A stretch of DNA of 64,000 bases from an uncultured Flavobacteriales bacterium (GTDB lineage: Bacteria; Bacteroidota; Bacteroidia; Flavobacteriales_D; Sanyastnellaceae): positions 12,619 through 76,618 of the forward strand of contig CBFHLY010000014.1 in NCBI GenBank assembly GCA_965656785.1, in the 5' to 3' direction. Numbering within the stretch: position 1 is the stretch's first letter; each line of letters begins with the position of its first letter. Under the pieces are notes generated by a model. That model did no database searches. It saw nothing but the letters and a program-made list of their open reading frames with translations, and was not told the origin of the DNA. Below are positions 1-9,281 of this stretch, piece by piece. Made by a program: the position numbers and the translations under genes.

Positions 1-391
1 GTCCCCCACAATCCACGCCCTCTTCCAAGCCATTGAGCAACCCGTCCCCGCAGAGTTCACCGCACGCAATGCCCGTAGTTCCCCCGCAATCGATGCCGGT
101 CTCTCCCGGATCAAGCACCCCGTTGAACGCCGGGTCGCAGGGCTCGCATTCCCCCCCGCAGTCCACCCACTGCTCCCCGAGCAACACGTCGTACTGACCG
201 TTCTCGCACGGATCACAAGGCTCACAAATCGGGCCGCCACAGTCCACGAGTTCCTCCCCGTTGTTCTGGATGCCGTCGTAGCAGTTTTCAGGAATCCGGT
301 TGTCCTCGTTGAGGCAGCCGGTGAACAGGATGAACGCCAGCGGCAAAGCCAACATCGGCAAGGCAGAGGCGATACGTTTCAATGCAGACAT
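1..391 (-). CDS. Cys-rich repeat lipoprotein, C-terminal part runs off the window (partial)
   Basis: Hand translation of the minus strand from ATG at 391..389 gives MSALKRIASALPMLALPLAFILFTGC (signal peptide plus lipobox). Repeated G-x-E-x-VDCGG-x-C-x-PC modules follow (ELVDCGGPICEPC, QWVDCGGECEPC, TGIDCGG, EGVDCGG). The frame is open to position 1. It is absent from the ORF track because it is truncated. Confidence 0.6.
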   Translation of the reverse strand, partial: MSALKRIASALPMLALPLAFILFTGCLNEDNRIPENCYDGIQNNGEELVDCGGPICEPCDPCENGQYDVLLGEQWVDCGGECEPCDPAFNGVLDPGETGIDCGGTTGIACGELCGDGLLNGLEEGVDCGG

Positions 392-492
392 GTGATTGCG
401 TTTCAATGGTCTAATTTTTAGAAACCGGCACCAAGATACGTTGAAGGCAGGAACAACCATCTTTTTTTGACGAACTTGCGGGGCTCAATCAC

Positions 493-2226
493 ATGGAAGA
501 AACCCCTTGGACAGCGGAACCCCGGCCTGACGGTCAGAAGGTGTCGGACTTGCAAATGAACGCAAGGCTGACCCATTTGGTTGCTTGGCTGTTGGTACAG
601 CGCGGCATCGATTCCGCCGAGGCCGCTCGAAAATTCCTGACACCTTCCGCTGACGACCTGCTCGACCCCAGTGGCATGAAAGACATGGATGCGGCGGCCG
701 AACGGTTGCACCAAGCGGTGCAGCGGGGGGAACGCATCATGGTCTACGGGGACTACGACGTTGACGGAACGACCGCTGTCGCCTTGATTTCTGGGTTCCT
801 GACGGGATTGGGATCGGAGGTGACGCCGTATGTGCCCAAGCGCTTCGACGAAGGGCACGGGGTGAGCATGGAAGGGGTGGCTTTTGCGTCCAATCAAGGG
901 TGCACGCTGATGATCACGCTCGATTGCGGCACGAAGGATTTTGAGTCGCTGGCTTACGCGAAAAAGAAGGGCATCGACGTCATCGTCTGCGATCACCACC
1001 TTCCCGAGGAGAAGTTGCCTTCGGTTTTGGCCTTGCTGAATCCCAAGCGCCCCGACTGCACGTATCCATTCAAGGAATTATCGGGGTGTGGGGTGGCGTT
1101 CAAGCTCTTGCAAGCGCTGACCCTTCGGATGGATTTTCCGCAGGACAACTTGTTGGAAGAATTGGACTTGGTGGCCATCAGCATTGGGGCGGACCTCGTG
1201 GATTTGGTCAACGAAAACCGCATCCTCGCGCACCACGGATTGAAGCGGCTCAAGGAATTGCAACGGCCCGGGTTGCGCGCCATGCTCCGTGCAGCAGACA
1301 TTCGGGAAGCTCCGGCCACCATCCGCGACATCAGCTTCACGCTGGGGCCGCGCATCAACGCCGCTGGGCGGATGGAGGATGCCATGACGGCCGTGAACCT
1401 GTTGTTAGAGACCTGCGAAAATGGCGCCGCAGAATGCGCTCGGTTGTTGGAGAATTGGAACCAAATCCGCCGGGAGGTGGACGAAGACATGACCGCGAAG
1501 GCCATCGAATTGGTGGACCAAGACGAGCGGAATCGGTACTGCAATTTGGTTTACGGCAAGCATTGGCACCGCGGGGTGGTCGGCATCGTAGCGAGCCGCC
1601 TTGTGGAGCACCGCTACCGGCCATCCCTTGTGCTTTCAGAGGAGGGAACCACCCTCATCGGCAGCGCGCGGAGCGTGGATGGCGTGGACATCCACCACGC
1701 ACTGGGCGCGTGCAGCGACCTGCTCATTCAGTTCGGGGGGCATCCCATGGCGGCTGGGCTGCAACTGCATAAGAAGGACTTGCCCGAATTCCGGGAACGG
1801 TTCGAGCAAGCCATCGGTGAGCAGCTTGCCGGGCGTGAGCCCAAGCCCCGGGTGACGTACCACGCCGAGCTGCCCTTGTCCGAGCTGACGACGGCGATGT
1901 TCCGGGGATTGGAAACGCTGGAACCGTTTGGTCCGGGCAATCCGCTGCCGGTGTTCATGAGCCGCAATGTGCGGTGCGCGAAAGCGCCGCGGGCGGTGGG
2001 AGCGGAAGGCAAGCACTTGAAGCTGTACGTCACCCAGCCGGAATGGGCGGGATCCATGGAGGCGGTGGGGTTCAATTTGGGCCACCTGCTGCCGCTGCTC
2101 AAGCAATGGCATGCCTTTGATATCGTCTACACGCTGGTGCGCAATACGTGGTTGGAAGCGCGTTCGGCGCCCGATGAAATCAAACTCAACCTCCACGTCA
2201 TCGACGTGCGAGAGGCTCAGGACTGA
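493..2226 (+). CDS. recJ: single-stranded-DNA-specific exonuclease RecJ
   Basis: 577-aa ORF with ATG at 493. DHH-family motifs are present (MVYGDYDVDGTTAV, DVIVCDHH), as is a DHHA1-type GGHPMAAG. Confidence 0.93.
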   Translation: MEETPWTAEPRPDGQKVSDLQMNARLTHLVAWLLVQRGIDSAEAARKFLTPSADDLLDPSGMKDMDAAAERLHQAVQRGERIMVYGDYDVDGTTAVALISGFLTGLGSEVTPYVPKRFDEGHGVSMEGVAFASNQGCTLMITLDCGTKDFESLAYAKKKGIDVIVCDHHLPEEKLPSVLALLNPKRPDCTYPFKELSGCGVAFKLLQALTLRMDFPQDNLLEELDLVAISIGADLVDLVNENRILAHHGLKRLKELQRPGLRAMLRAADIREAPATIRDISFTLGPRINAAGRMEDAMTAVNLLLETCENGAAECARLLENWNQIRREVDEDMTAKAIELVDQDERNRYCNLVYGKHWHRGVVGIVASRLVEHRYRPSLVLSEEGTTLIGSARSVDGVDIHHALGACSDLLIQFGGHPMAAGLQLHKKDLPEFRERFEQAIGEQLAGREPKPRVTYHAELPLSELTTAMFRGLETLEPFGPGNPLPVFMSRNVRCAKAPRAVGAEGKHLKLYVTQPEWAGSMEAVGFNLGHLLPLLKQWHAFDIVYTLVRNTWLEARSAPDEIKLNLHVIDVREAQD

Positions 2227-3047
2227 GCAATGAGGTGGACGTCCCGTTGAGGGAACGGAACCACAACGCCGTGCTCGCGGAAGAGCGCATCGATGCGGAA
2301 GCGGATGTCGCTCTTGATGCGATCGATGGTCCACGGTGAGCGAATCCAGGAGCGCACTTCAAAGACCAAAGCCGAATCGCCAAAGTCCTCGAAGATCACC
2401 ACGATTTCTTCGTTGTCCGCCACTTCGGGTTGGGCCCGCATGGCTTGGATGAGCAGGTCCGAAACGAGAACCGTATCGGAGCCGTAGGCCACGCCCACCC
2501 GAACGTCGAGGCGGGTGCGGTCGCGCCCTTGGGTGAAGTTGCGCACGCTTTGGCCTGCAAACAGGCCATTGGGCAAGACAATCAAGTCGCCCGACCGCGT
2601 GACCACCCGCGTCGAACGCAAGTCGATCCGCTCCACCCGCACGAGCGAACCCTCGATTTCCAGCTCATCCCCCACGCGCACCCCGCCCTCAAATAACAGC
2701 ACAAACCCCGACACCACGTCGTTGAAAAAGCCCTGCAATCCGATGCCCACCCCCACCAACAGCGCCGCAGAACCCGCGAACAGCACCTTCATTTCCACCC
2801 CGATGGTGCTCAGCGCAGACATCCCCGCCACGAGGTAAACAAGGGTCCGCCAAATCCGCCGGATCATGAACTGCTTGCCCTGGTCCACGCGCCGCCGCAG
2901 CATGGATCGGTTCAAGAACAGCCGCCCCAGCCACAGCATCACCTGCGCAAGCGCGAATATGCCGAGGACGACGAACACGTCCAGCGCCGTAAAGCTGTAC
3001 TTGCCGATGGTGAATCCCGATTCCAAAAAAGTGCGCAGTCCGCTCAT
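2217..3047 (-). CDS. MscS-family mechanosensitive ion channel
   Basis: 276 aa. N-terminal TM helices are followed by the MscS beta-domain pattern VRVGDELEIEGSLVRVERIDLRSTRVVTRSGDLIVLPNG. Its start overlaps the dnaG stop (ATGA). Confidence 0.85.
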   Translation of the reverse strand: MSGLRTFLESGFTIGKYSFTALDVFVVLGIFALAQVMLWLGRLFLNRSMLRRRVDQGKQFMIRRIWRTLVYLVAGMSALSTIGVEMKVLFAGSAALLVGVGIGLQGFFNDVVSGFVLLFEGGVRVGDELEIEGSLVRVERIDLRSTRVVTRSGDLIVLPNGLFAGQSVRNFTQGRDRTRLDVRVGVAYGSDTVLVSDLLIQAMRAQPEVADNEEIVVIFEDFGDSALVFEVRSWIRSPWTIDRIKSDIRFRIDALFREHGVVVPFPQRDVHLIAQS

Positions 3048-5248
3048 TCGTAAGGCAAAATGGTGGAGCCAAAGTACTTCGCCAATTCGGACTTTTCGCG
3101 ATCCAGTCGAACGCGCTCCGCGAGCAGTTCGTCCACCGCAGCGTCCGTGTCGGGTTGCTGCTCAAGCGCGACGAGTTCCGACGAAATCGCCTTGATCCGC
3201 TGTTGAATGTTGTCCAATCGCAACAAGTGCATCGCATCCATCAGGGCCTTTTCGAGGTGGTCCTCCTCGAGCTCCGGGTAGATTTGGTGGCGGATGGCCC
3301 AGTTTTGGGACACCACGTGCTGCACCATCATCGCGTCGGCGAGCACGCGCTGCAGCTCGGGATCCGGGTCCTGCAGGAGCTTGCTGAACTCCGGAATGAG
3401 GTGCTCGTCCAAACTCTGCACAGCGAAGTCGATGACGCGCTGGAAGCTGGAGGACTGGAGTTCGATTTGTTCCAGCTCGAGCGTGTGGATGACCCATTCC
3501 GCGAAGGGATGCCGCTCGGTTACGGGTTCCTCCTCGCCCTCCACGGTGACGTCCACGGGGTGGCCGCCGTAATTCACGACCAAATCCTTTTCCAAGAAGT
3601 ACCGCCGCGGGACGTCGAGCAAACCAGGAGTGGCCATCGGCTCGACCGGCGCGACTTCCGGTCCGTCGTCGGACATCCAGCCCGGTTCGGCCGGCGGGGG
3701 CGGGGCGTTGGGGCCCGTCCATCCGGGGATGGTGCCGTCGGGGGCAATGGCCCAACCGGCATCGGCGGGGTGCGGCGGTTCGTCGGGCAGCGGGGGCGCG
3801 TCGGGCAGCGGGGGCGCGTCGGTGTAAGGCGGCGGTTCGGGCAGCGGGGCGGCGGGGCGCAAACCCGTCATGCGGCCCTGGGGCGTGCGCACCGTCGAGG
3901 CGGTTCGCTTCGCCCGCTCCTCGGCCTTCCGCCGATCTTCGGCCAACTTCAGCACCGCCTTGTTGACCTCGCCCTGCAGCAAATCCTCGCCGACGCTCAG
4001 TTGAGCGGCCGAGGCTTGGATGTACACGCTCCGCTCGATGGCGTCGGGAATGGCGGCGATGGACTGCACCACGCTCCGGACCGCTTCCGAACGACGCAAG
4101 GGGTCGCCACCGGCATCGGCGAGCAGGGCCTGGGCCTTGAAGGCCACGAAGTCCTGCGCTTCCTCGGCCACGAAGCGCTGGAGCTCCGAGGCGCTGACCT
4201 TGCGGGAATAGCTGTCGGGGTCGTCGCCGTCGGGGAACAGAAGGACCTTGACTTTCAGGCCGGCGGCGAGGAGCAGGTCGATGCCGCGGAGGGAGGCGCG
4301 AACCCCCGCCGCGTCGCCGTCGAAGAGGACCGTTACGTTCTTCGTAAAGCGGCGGATGATCTTGATTTGGCCGTCCGTCAGGGCCGTGCCGCTGGAAGCG
4401 ACCGCGTTTTCGAGCCCCGCTTGGTGGAGCGCCATGACGTCGGTATAGCCTTCGACGAGGAGGACGCGGTCTTCCTTCGTGATGTGGGGTTTGGCCAAAT
4501 GGATGCCAAACAGCACGTCGCTCTTGTGATACAGCGGGCTCTCCGGGCTGTTGAAGTACTTCGCAACGTCCTTCTCCTTCTTCAGCGTGCGCCCGCCAAA
4601 ACCGATGACGCGCCCCGTCACGTCCCGGATCGGGAACATCACCCGCCCCTTGAAGAAGTCCCACAGCCCGCCGCTGTCCCGCTCCCGCGACAACCCCGCC
4701 GCCACGAGCCACTTCGGCTCGTAACCCGCCGCGACCGCCGCCTTCGAAAACGCGTCCCAAACATCCGGGGAATACCCGATCAAGAACCGCTTGATGATCT
4801 CCGGCCGAAAGCCGCGCTCCGCGAAATACGACAACCCGATGCCCTGCCCCGCCTCGGTCTCGTGCAGCTGTTCCGTGAACCACTTCTGCGCCCACGCCAC
4901 CACGGCGGCAATGCTCTCCTTCTCGCTCCGCGCGGCCAGCTCCTCGGGGGTTTGCTCGCGCTCTTCGATTTCGATGTTGTAGCGTTTGGCCAAAAACCGC
5001 AACGCCTCCGGATACGTCATGCTCTCAAGCTCCATGAGGAACGTGATGAGGCTGCCACCCTTGCCGCTCGAAAAGTCCTTGAAGATGCCCTTCTGCGGAA
5101 TCACGTAAAACGACGGGGTCTTTTCGTTCGTGAACGGGCTCAGTCCGCGGTAGCTACTCCCCTGCTTTTTCAGCTCCACGAAGTCGCCGATCACCTCTTC
5201 GATGACGGCGGTTTCGAGGATTTGGGCGATGGTGGACTGAGGAATCAT
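3044..5248 (-). CDS. dnaG: DNA primase DnaG (Bacteroidota type, long proline-rich linker)
   Basis: The N-terminal primase region is GLSPFTNEKTPSFYV, where the usual CHC2 cysteines are replaced. TOPRIM motifs are LLVEGYTDVMAL and LFDGDAAGVRA. I chose the start at MIPQSTIAQILE (5248); the ORF track extends it to 5296. Confidence 0.9.
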   Translation of the reverse strand: MIPQSTIAQILETAVIEEVIGDFVELKKQGSSYRGLSPFTNEKTPSFYVIPQKGIFKDFSSGKGGSLITFLMELESMTYPEALRFLAKRYNIEIEEREQTPEELAARSEKESIAAVVAWAQKWFTEQLHETEAGQGIGLSYFAERGFRPEIIKRFLIGYSPDVWDAFSKAAVAAGYEPKWLVAAGLSRERDSGGLWDFFKGRVMFPIRDVTGRVIGFGGRTLKKEKDVAKYFNSPESPLYHKSDVLFGIHLAKPHITKEDRVLLVEGYTDVMALHQAGLENAVASSGTALTDGQIKIIRRFTKNVTVLFDGDAAGVRASLRGIDLLLAAGLKVKVLLFPDGDDPDSYSRKVSASELQRFVAEEAQDFVAFKAQALLADAGGDPLRRSEAVRSVVQSIAAIPDAIERSVYIQASAAQLSVGEDLLQGEVNKAVLKLAEDRRKAEERAKRTASTVRTPQGRMTGLRPAAPLPEPPPYTDAPPLPDAPPLPDEPPHPADAGWAIAPDGTIPGWTGPNAPPPPAEPGWMSDDGPEVAPVEPMATPGLLDVPRRYFLEKDLVVNYGGHPVDVTVEGEEEPVTERHPFAEWVIHTLELEQIELQSSSFQRVIDFAVQSLDEHLIPEFSKLLQDPDPELQRVLADAMMVQHVVSQNWAIRHQIYPELEEDHLEKALMDAMHLLRLDNIQQRIKAISSELVALEQQPDTDAAVDELLAERVRLDREKSELAKYFGSTILPYE

Positions 5249-5354
5249 GAGCAAGCCGTGCGGCCTACGAAGATATTGCGCAACAGTCGAAATCAATGGC
5301 TGAACGCATTGTCACTCCAAAGAATGCGCCGTAACTCGTGCTGAAATTCTTCCA

Positions 5355-8300
5355 TTGAAATCCCTGCTCTTCGCGTTGGCATGCAGTTGGGGGGTTTGGA
5401 CTTCGAACCCCACCACGCCCCCTCCCCTTCCGGAGGGCGACCTCGCCGTGCACTGGCAGCACTACAATGTGGAATCGGGGCTTTCGAGTCAACAAGTTAC
5501 CGACGTCACCCTCGACAACCACGGGTTCCTGTGGTGTTCCACCGCGAAAGGACTGAATCGCTTCGACGGCGTGCGATTCGAGCCCTTCGGAGGGGCCCTC
5601 AACTTGCGGACGCTCGCCCTCGATCCGTCCGGCACGTTGTGGCTGGGTGCCAGCGGTTTGCGCGACTGGGTGCGCTGGGACAGCATTCCCCGATTTGGCC
5701 CCCACGCGTTGGAAACGCAAGCCGCCCTCCACTTCCCGAGTTGGCACAACGTGCACTTCATGCGGTCGGGTCAAGGCGTTTGGATCAGCGGCGATGGGGG
5801 GCGCATCGGGCGACTCGATGGAGCAGAATTGCGAACGGAGTTCACCGGGGGGGATTCCATCGACTGGATCGAGCCCCTGCACACCGACCCCCGAAAAGGG
5901 TCCTGGTTCATTTGGCACCACCGCGACCCTTCCGAAGGGGCCGGCCTCATCCACGAATTCGACGGGAAGTTTCAGATTGAGCCTTCCAGCAAGGCGCTCA
6001 AAGAAGCCATTCAACGAGGCGTCATGCGCTGGGGCAGCGACGGATCGGTGTGGTGCTTCCATCCCGATGGCGGTTTGCAATCCTGGGAGAATGGGGGCTT
6101 CAAGCGCGTAAGCGGAATCGATGAGCTCCACCCGAAATTCGGGTTCCTCAGCGAAAATCCTTTTACGGGACACGCTTGGGTGATCCACGGCAACCGCTTG
6201 CTGATTTTCAACGCGGCGAATGAACTGATTTGGCAAGATGAGATCACGGAAGACTTGGAATGGGGGCGACGCGTCTCGAAGATTCGGTTTTCGAGCAAGG
6301 ACGATGGCTGGATTTGCTCGAGCCACGGCATCACCCACGTTGAGGTTCACCAAACCGGGTTCAACGCCCTATCCACTCCGCTGCCGCCAAAGCCGAATTC
6401 GCCCGCTCGCCTGAATTCGATGCGCACGCTGCTGGAATGGTCGCCCGACACCCTCCTTTTCTGCAACGATTTGGGCCAAACCTACCGCATGCAGCTCACC
6501 GAGTCGAGCTGGACCACATCCCTCCTGTTCGACCCTAAGAACTCCGGCTTGAGCGCAATCGCTCGGCTTCGGGGCGACTCGCTCATCATCGCAGGCAACG
6601 GGCAGTGGCACGAAGGCCGCATGATGGGGGCTTTGAAACCGGTTGCAACGACCTCGGTCATCGATTGCTGGTCGCTCGAAGCGTTGGATGAGGCCCTCGA
6701 TGTTTGGCTCATGGGCCACCACGGCCTGACCCGATTTGACCGGCGCACAGCACAAGCCGAAGCGATCACCCAAACGCCCGAACAACGCGATGAGCTCGGT
6801 GACGTTTATTCCATGCAACGGATCGGGCCATGGGAAGTCCTGCTCGGCACCTCGACGGGGTTGTGGCGATACGAAGACGGCTCGCGCACCTTGGTTCGGT
6901 TCCCATCGGTGGACTACGCGGTGTACAGCCTGCTGGTGATTCAAGGCGTTTGTTGGATGGGAACCGCCACGCACGGGATGGTGGCCTTCGACATCGAGGC
7001 CCAAACTTCGGAAACTTTCCAGCGGCGGACGGGTCTGTCGGATGACCGCATCTACGCCGTGCTCGAAGACGAATGCGGCCACTTGTGGCTTTCCAGCGAT
7101 CGCGGGATCATGCGGTTTCACATCGACTCGGAATCGGTGGATGTGTTCGGTCGCACCGAGGGGCTTCACCAGCTTGAGTTCAACCGAACCTCCTTCACTG
7201 CAGGCGCTTCGGGTCGGTTGTACTTCGGCGGACTGGACGGGTTGACGGTGGTGGAACCGTCGTTTTGGGACTGCCGTTCGTTCGAAGCCAATGCGAACAT
7301 CGGGGTACTGGCCTTGGATGCGCTGGGAACCGAATCGGGCGGAAAGCGGGACGTGTATCCGGATTGGGCGGCGGGATCCGTGGTGCGGTTGACGCCGTCC
7401 TTTCCCATCCTGACCGCGGAATTCCGGCTGCTCGAATGGGGCCCTGGTGGACACATGTACGCCACGCGGATCCTGGGAGCTGACGAGAATTGGCACGAAA
7501 CGGAAAGCAATTCCGTGCGCATCGCCGGGTTGGACCCCGGGAACTACACGCTCGAAGTCCGGGCGCGATTTCGGGGTGGACAGTGGTCGAAAAACGGGCT
7601 CCTCATCCCGATTCGGATGGAGCCGGCGTGGACGCAGACGCTCGCCTTTCGAATGGGGCTTGCGGCGACGGTGCTGGTTTTGGCCTGGGGCCTCATCCTG
7701 CAGGCCAAACGCCGCACGCAGCAACTCGAACGGCTGGTCGCCGAACGCACGGCCTCCCTCGAAGAAGCCATCCAACTCAAAGACCTCTACCTGAGAGAAG
7801 TCCACCACCGGGTGAAGAACAACATGCAAATCGTGGGCAACTTGCTCGACCTGCAAACGACGCATGTGCAGCACGAGGAGGCGAAGCGCACCCTGCGCGA
7901 GGGGCGTTCGCGGATTGCGTCCATCGCCATGGTACACCAAGAGCTTCACCAAGCGGGAGAGACGAAATCGCTCTCGTTTCAGCACTTCGCTGGGCGCTTG
8001 TTTGACCTCAACTGCAAGCTGTACGGCTGGGAAGCGGCGGATGCGCAGTTGCACGTCTCCGGGCGGGACGTGGAGATGGACCTCGACATGTCCATTCCCA
8101 TGGGCCTGATTTTGAACGAACTCATCACGAACACCTTCAAACATTCGCAACCGGACGCCGAAACCGTCAACGTGCAGCTTCACCTGCGGCGGGCGGAAAA
8201 AGGCCGGTTTACCGCGTACTATGACGACCACGGTCAAGGGCTGCCGCCGGACATCACCTTCAGCGACGAGCGCTCGTTGGGGCTTTGGTTGGTGGCCGAA

Positions 8301-8390
8301 ATGGTGCACCAACTCGGCGGTGTGGTGCGCGTGAGCCCGCGGGCCAGGTCGCGGTTGATTTGGACCTTTGAAGAATCCGATGCACCATGA
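5355..8390 (+). CDS. sensor histidine kinase with periplasmic beta-propeller / Y_Y_Y-type sensor region and HisKA_2-type kinase core
   Basis: 1011 aa. Repeated propeller-like segments occur (GLWRYEDG, HLWLSSDRGIMRF, GRLYFGGLDGL). One TM helix (LAATVLVLAWGLILQA) precedes the phospho-acceptor motif EVHHRVKNNMQIV and an ATPase domain. The apparent start is TTG at 5355, and no in-frame ATG lies nearby. Confidence 0.85.
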   Translation: MKSLLFALACSWGVWTSNPTTPPPLPEGDLAVHWQHYNVESGLSSQQVTDVTLDNHGFLWCSTAKGLNRFDGVRFEPFGGALNLRTLALDPSGTLWLGASGLRDWVRWDSIPRFGPHALETQAALHFPSWHNVHFMRSGQGVWISGDGGRIGRLDGAELRTEFTGGDSIDWIEPLHTDPRKGSWFIWHHRDPSEGAGLIHEFDGKFQIEPSSKALKEAIQRGVMRWGSDGSVWCFHPDGGLQSWENGGFKRVSGIDELHPKFGFLSENPFTGHAWVIHGNRLLIFNAANELIWQDEITEDLEWGRRVSKIRFSSKDDGWICSSHGITHVEVHQTGFNALSTPLPPKPNSPARLNSMRTLLEWSPDTLLFCNDLGQTYRMQLTESSWTTSLLFDPKNSGLSAIARLRGDSLIIAGNGQWHEGRMMGALKPVATTSVIDCWSLEALDEALDVWLMGHHGLTRFDRRTAQAEAITQTPEQRDELGDVYSMQRIGPWEVLLGTSTGLWRYEDGSRTLVRFPSVDYAVYSLLVIQGVCWMGTATHGMVAFDIEAQTSETFQRRTGLSDDRIYAVLEDECGHLWLSSDRGIMRFHIDSESVDVFGRTEGLHQLEFNRTSFTAGASGRLYFGGLDGLTVVEPSFWDCRSFEANANIGVLALDALGTESGGKRDVYPDWAAGSVVRLTPSFPILTAEFRLLEWGPGGHMYATRILGADENWHETESNSVRIAGLDPGNYTLEVRARFRGGQWSKNGLLIPIRMEPAWTQTLAFRMGLAATVLVLAWGLILQAKRRTQQLERLVAERTASLEEAIQLKDLYLREVHHRVKNNMQIVGNLLDLQTTHVQHEEAKRTLREGRSRIASIAMVHQELHQAGETKSLSFQHFAGRLFDLNCKLYGWEAADAQLHVSGRDVEMDLDMSIPMGLILNELITNTFKHSQPDAETVNVQLHLRRAEKGRFTAYYDDHGQGLPPDITFSDERSLGLWLVAEMVHQLGGVVRVSPRARSRLIWTFEESDAP

Positions 8391-9091
8391 ACCATCCCCC
8401 CAACATCCTCATCGTCGAAGACGAACCCATCATCGCGGGCTTCATCCGCAAGGAACTGCGGGCCCTGGGCTACCACGTATCGGGGCACGCGCGGTCGCAC
8501 CGCGAAGCCTTGAACTTGTTGGAAGAGGTGCCGGTGGATTTGGCCCTCATTGACATTGCGCTCGGTGGGAAGCGCGATGGCATCGACGTGGCGCATGTCA
8601 TTCGGGAACGCGGCGAAACGCCGTTCATCTTTTTGACCTCGTACGCGGATCCGGCGACCATTGAGCGGGCGAAACCGACCCGGCCGGCCGGGTACGTGCT
8701 GAAGCCGTTCACCGCGGATGACTTGTATTCGAGCATCGAGTTGGCCTTGGCCGCATCGGGAAACCAGCGCGCGATGAACGATGGCATCTTCCTTCCGGAT
8801 GGCTATGGCCGGGTGCGGGTGGATTTGGACCAAATCCTGTTCTTCGAAAGCAACCGGATGTACCTGGAAATCCACACCCGGGAACGGACGCACGTGCTGC
8901 GGTCCACCCTGAGCAACTTCCTGGAGAAGCTACCGGAAGACCGGTTCGTGCGAATCCACCGAAGCTTCGCGGTGCAGATCGGACACGTGGAGCGGTGGAA
9001 CCGGACGGCCGTTTGGGTCAACGGGAAGGAATTGCCCGTCGGCAGAACCTACCAAAGCGGGCTGATGGACCGGCTGCAAGTCGGGGGATAA
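8387..9091 (+). CDS. LytTR-family response regulator
   Basis: 234 aa. Receiver domain (ILIVEDEPII ... ALIDIAL) plus a C-terminal LytTR pattern (FVRIHRSFAVQIGHVERW). ATGA overlap with the upstream kinase. Confidence 0.9.
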   Translation: MNHPPNILIVEDEPIIAGFIRKELRALGYHVSGHARSHREALNLLEEVPVDLALIDIALGGKRDGIDVAHVIRERGETPFIFLTSYADPATIERAKPTRPAGYVLKPFTADDLYSSIELALAASGNQRAMNDGIFLPDGYGRVRVDLDQILFFESNRMYLEIHTRERTHVLRSTLSNFLEKLPEDRFVRIHRSFAVQIGHVERWNRTAVWVNGKELPVGRTYQSGLMDRLQVGG

Positions 9092-9281
9092 AAAAATGGA
9101 GCCCCACCGTTGTGAAGCCCCATCTCGTCCAGTTGGAGGACCGTCAAACCTCGGCCCACCGCCATGAGGGCCTTTGATGGTTCGAAGTTCAATGGAAAGG
9201 GTGACGTGGCCGTGACGGGTTTGTTAAGGGATGTTGATGAAACCCGCGGCATGGCTTTCCTGGGAGTAACTTTGAATCGTT

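Noticed and set aside
3155-5344. 729-aa plus-strand ORF covering the whole dnaG locus
   Set aside because: It is antisense to a gene with unmistakable primase/TOPRIM motifs. The translation is Arg/Gly/His/Leu-rich low-complexity sequence typical of GC-rich shadow frames, with no recognisable motif.
6369-8312. 647-aa minus-strand ORF opposite the propeller sensor kinase
   Set aside because: Shadow ORF. Its composition is dominated by R/P/G/H with no domains, whereas the plus-strand frame carries H-box and ATPase motifs.
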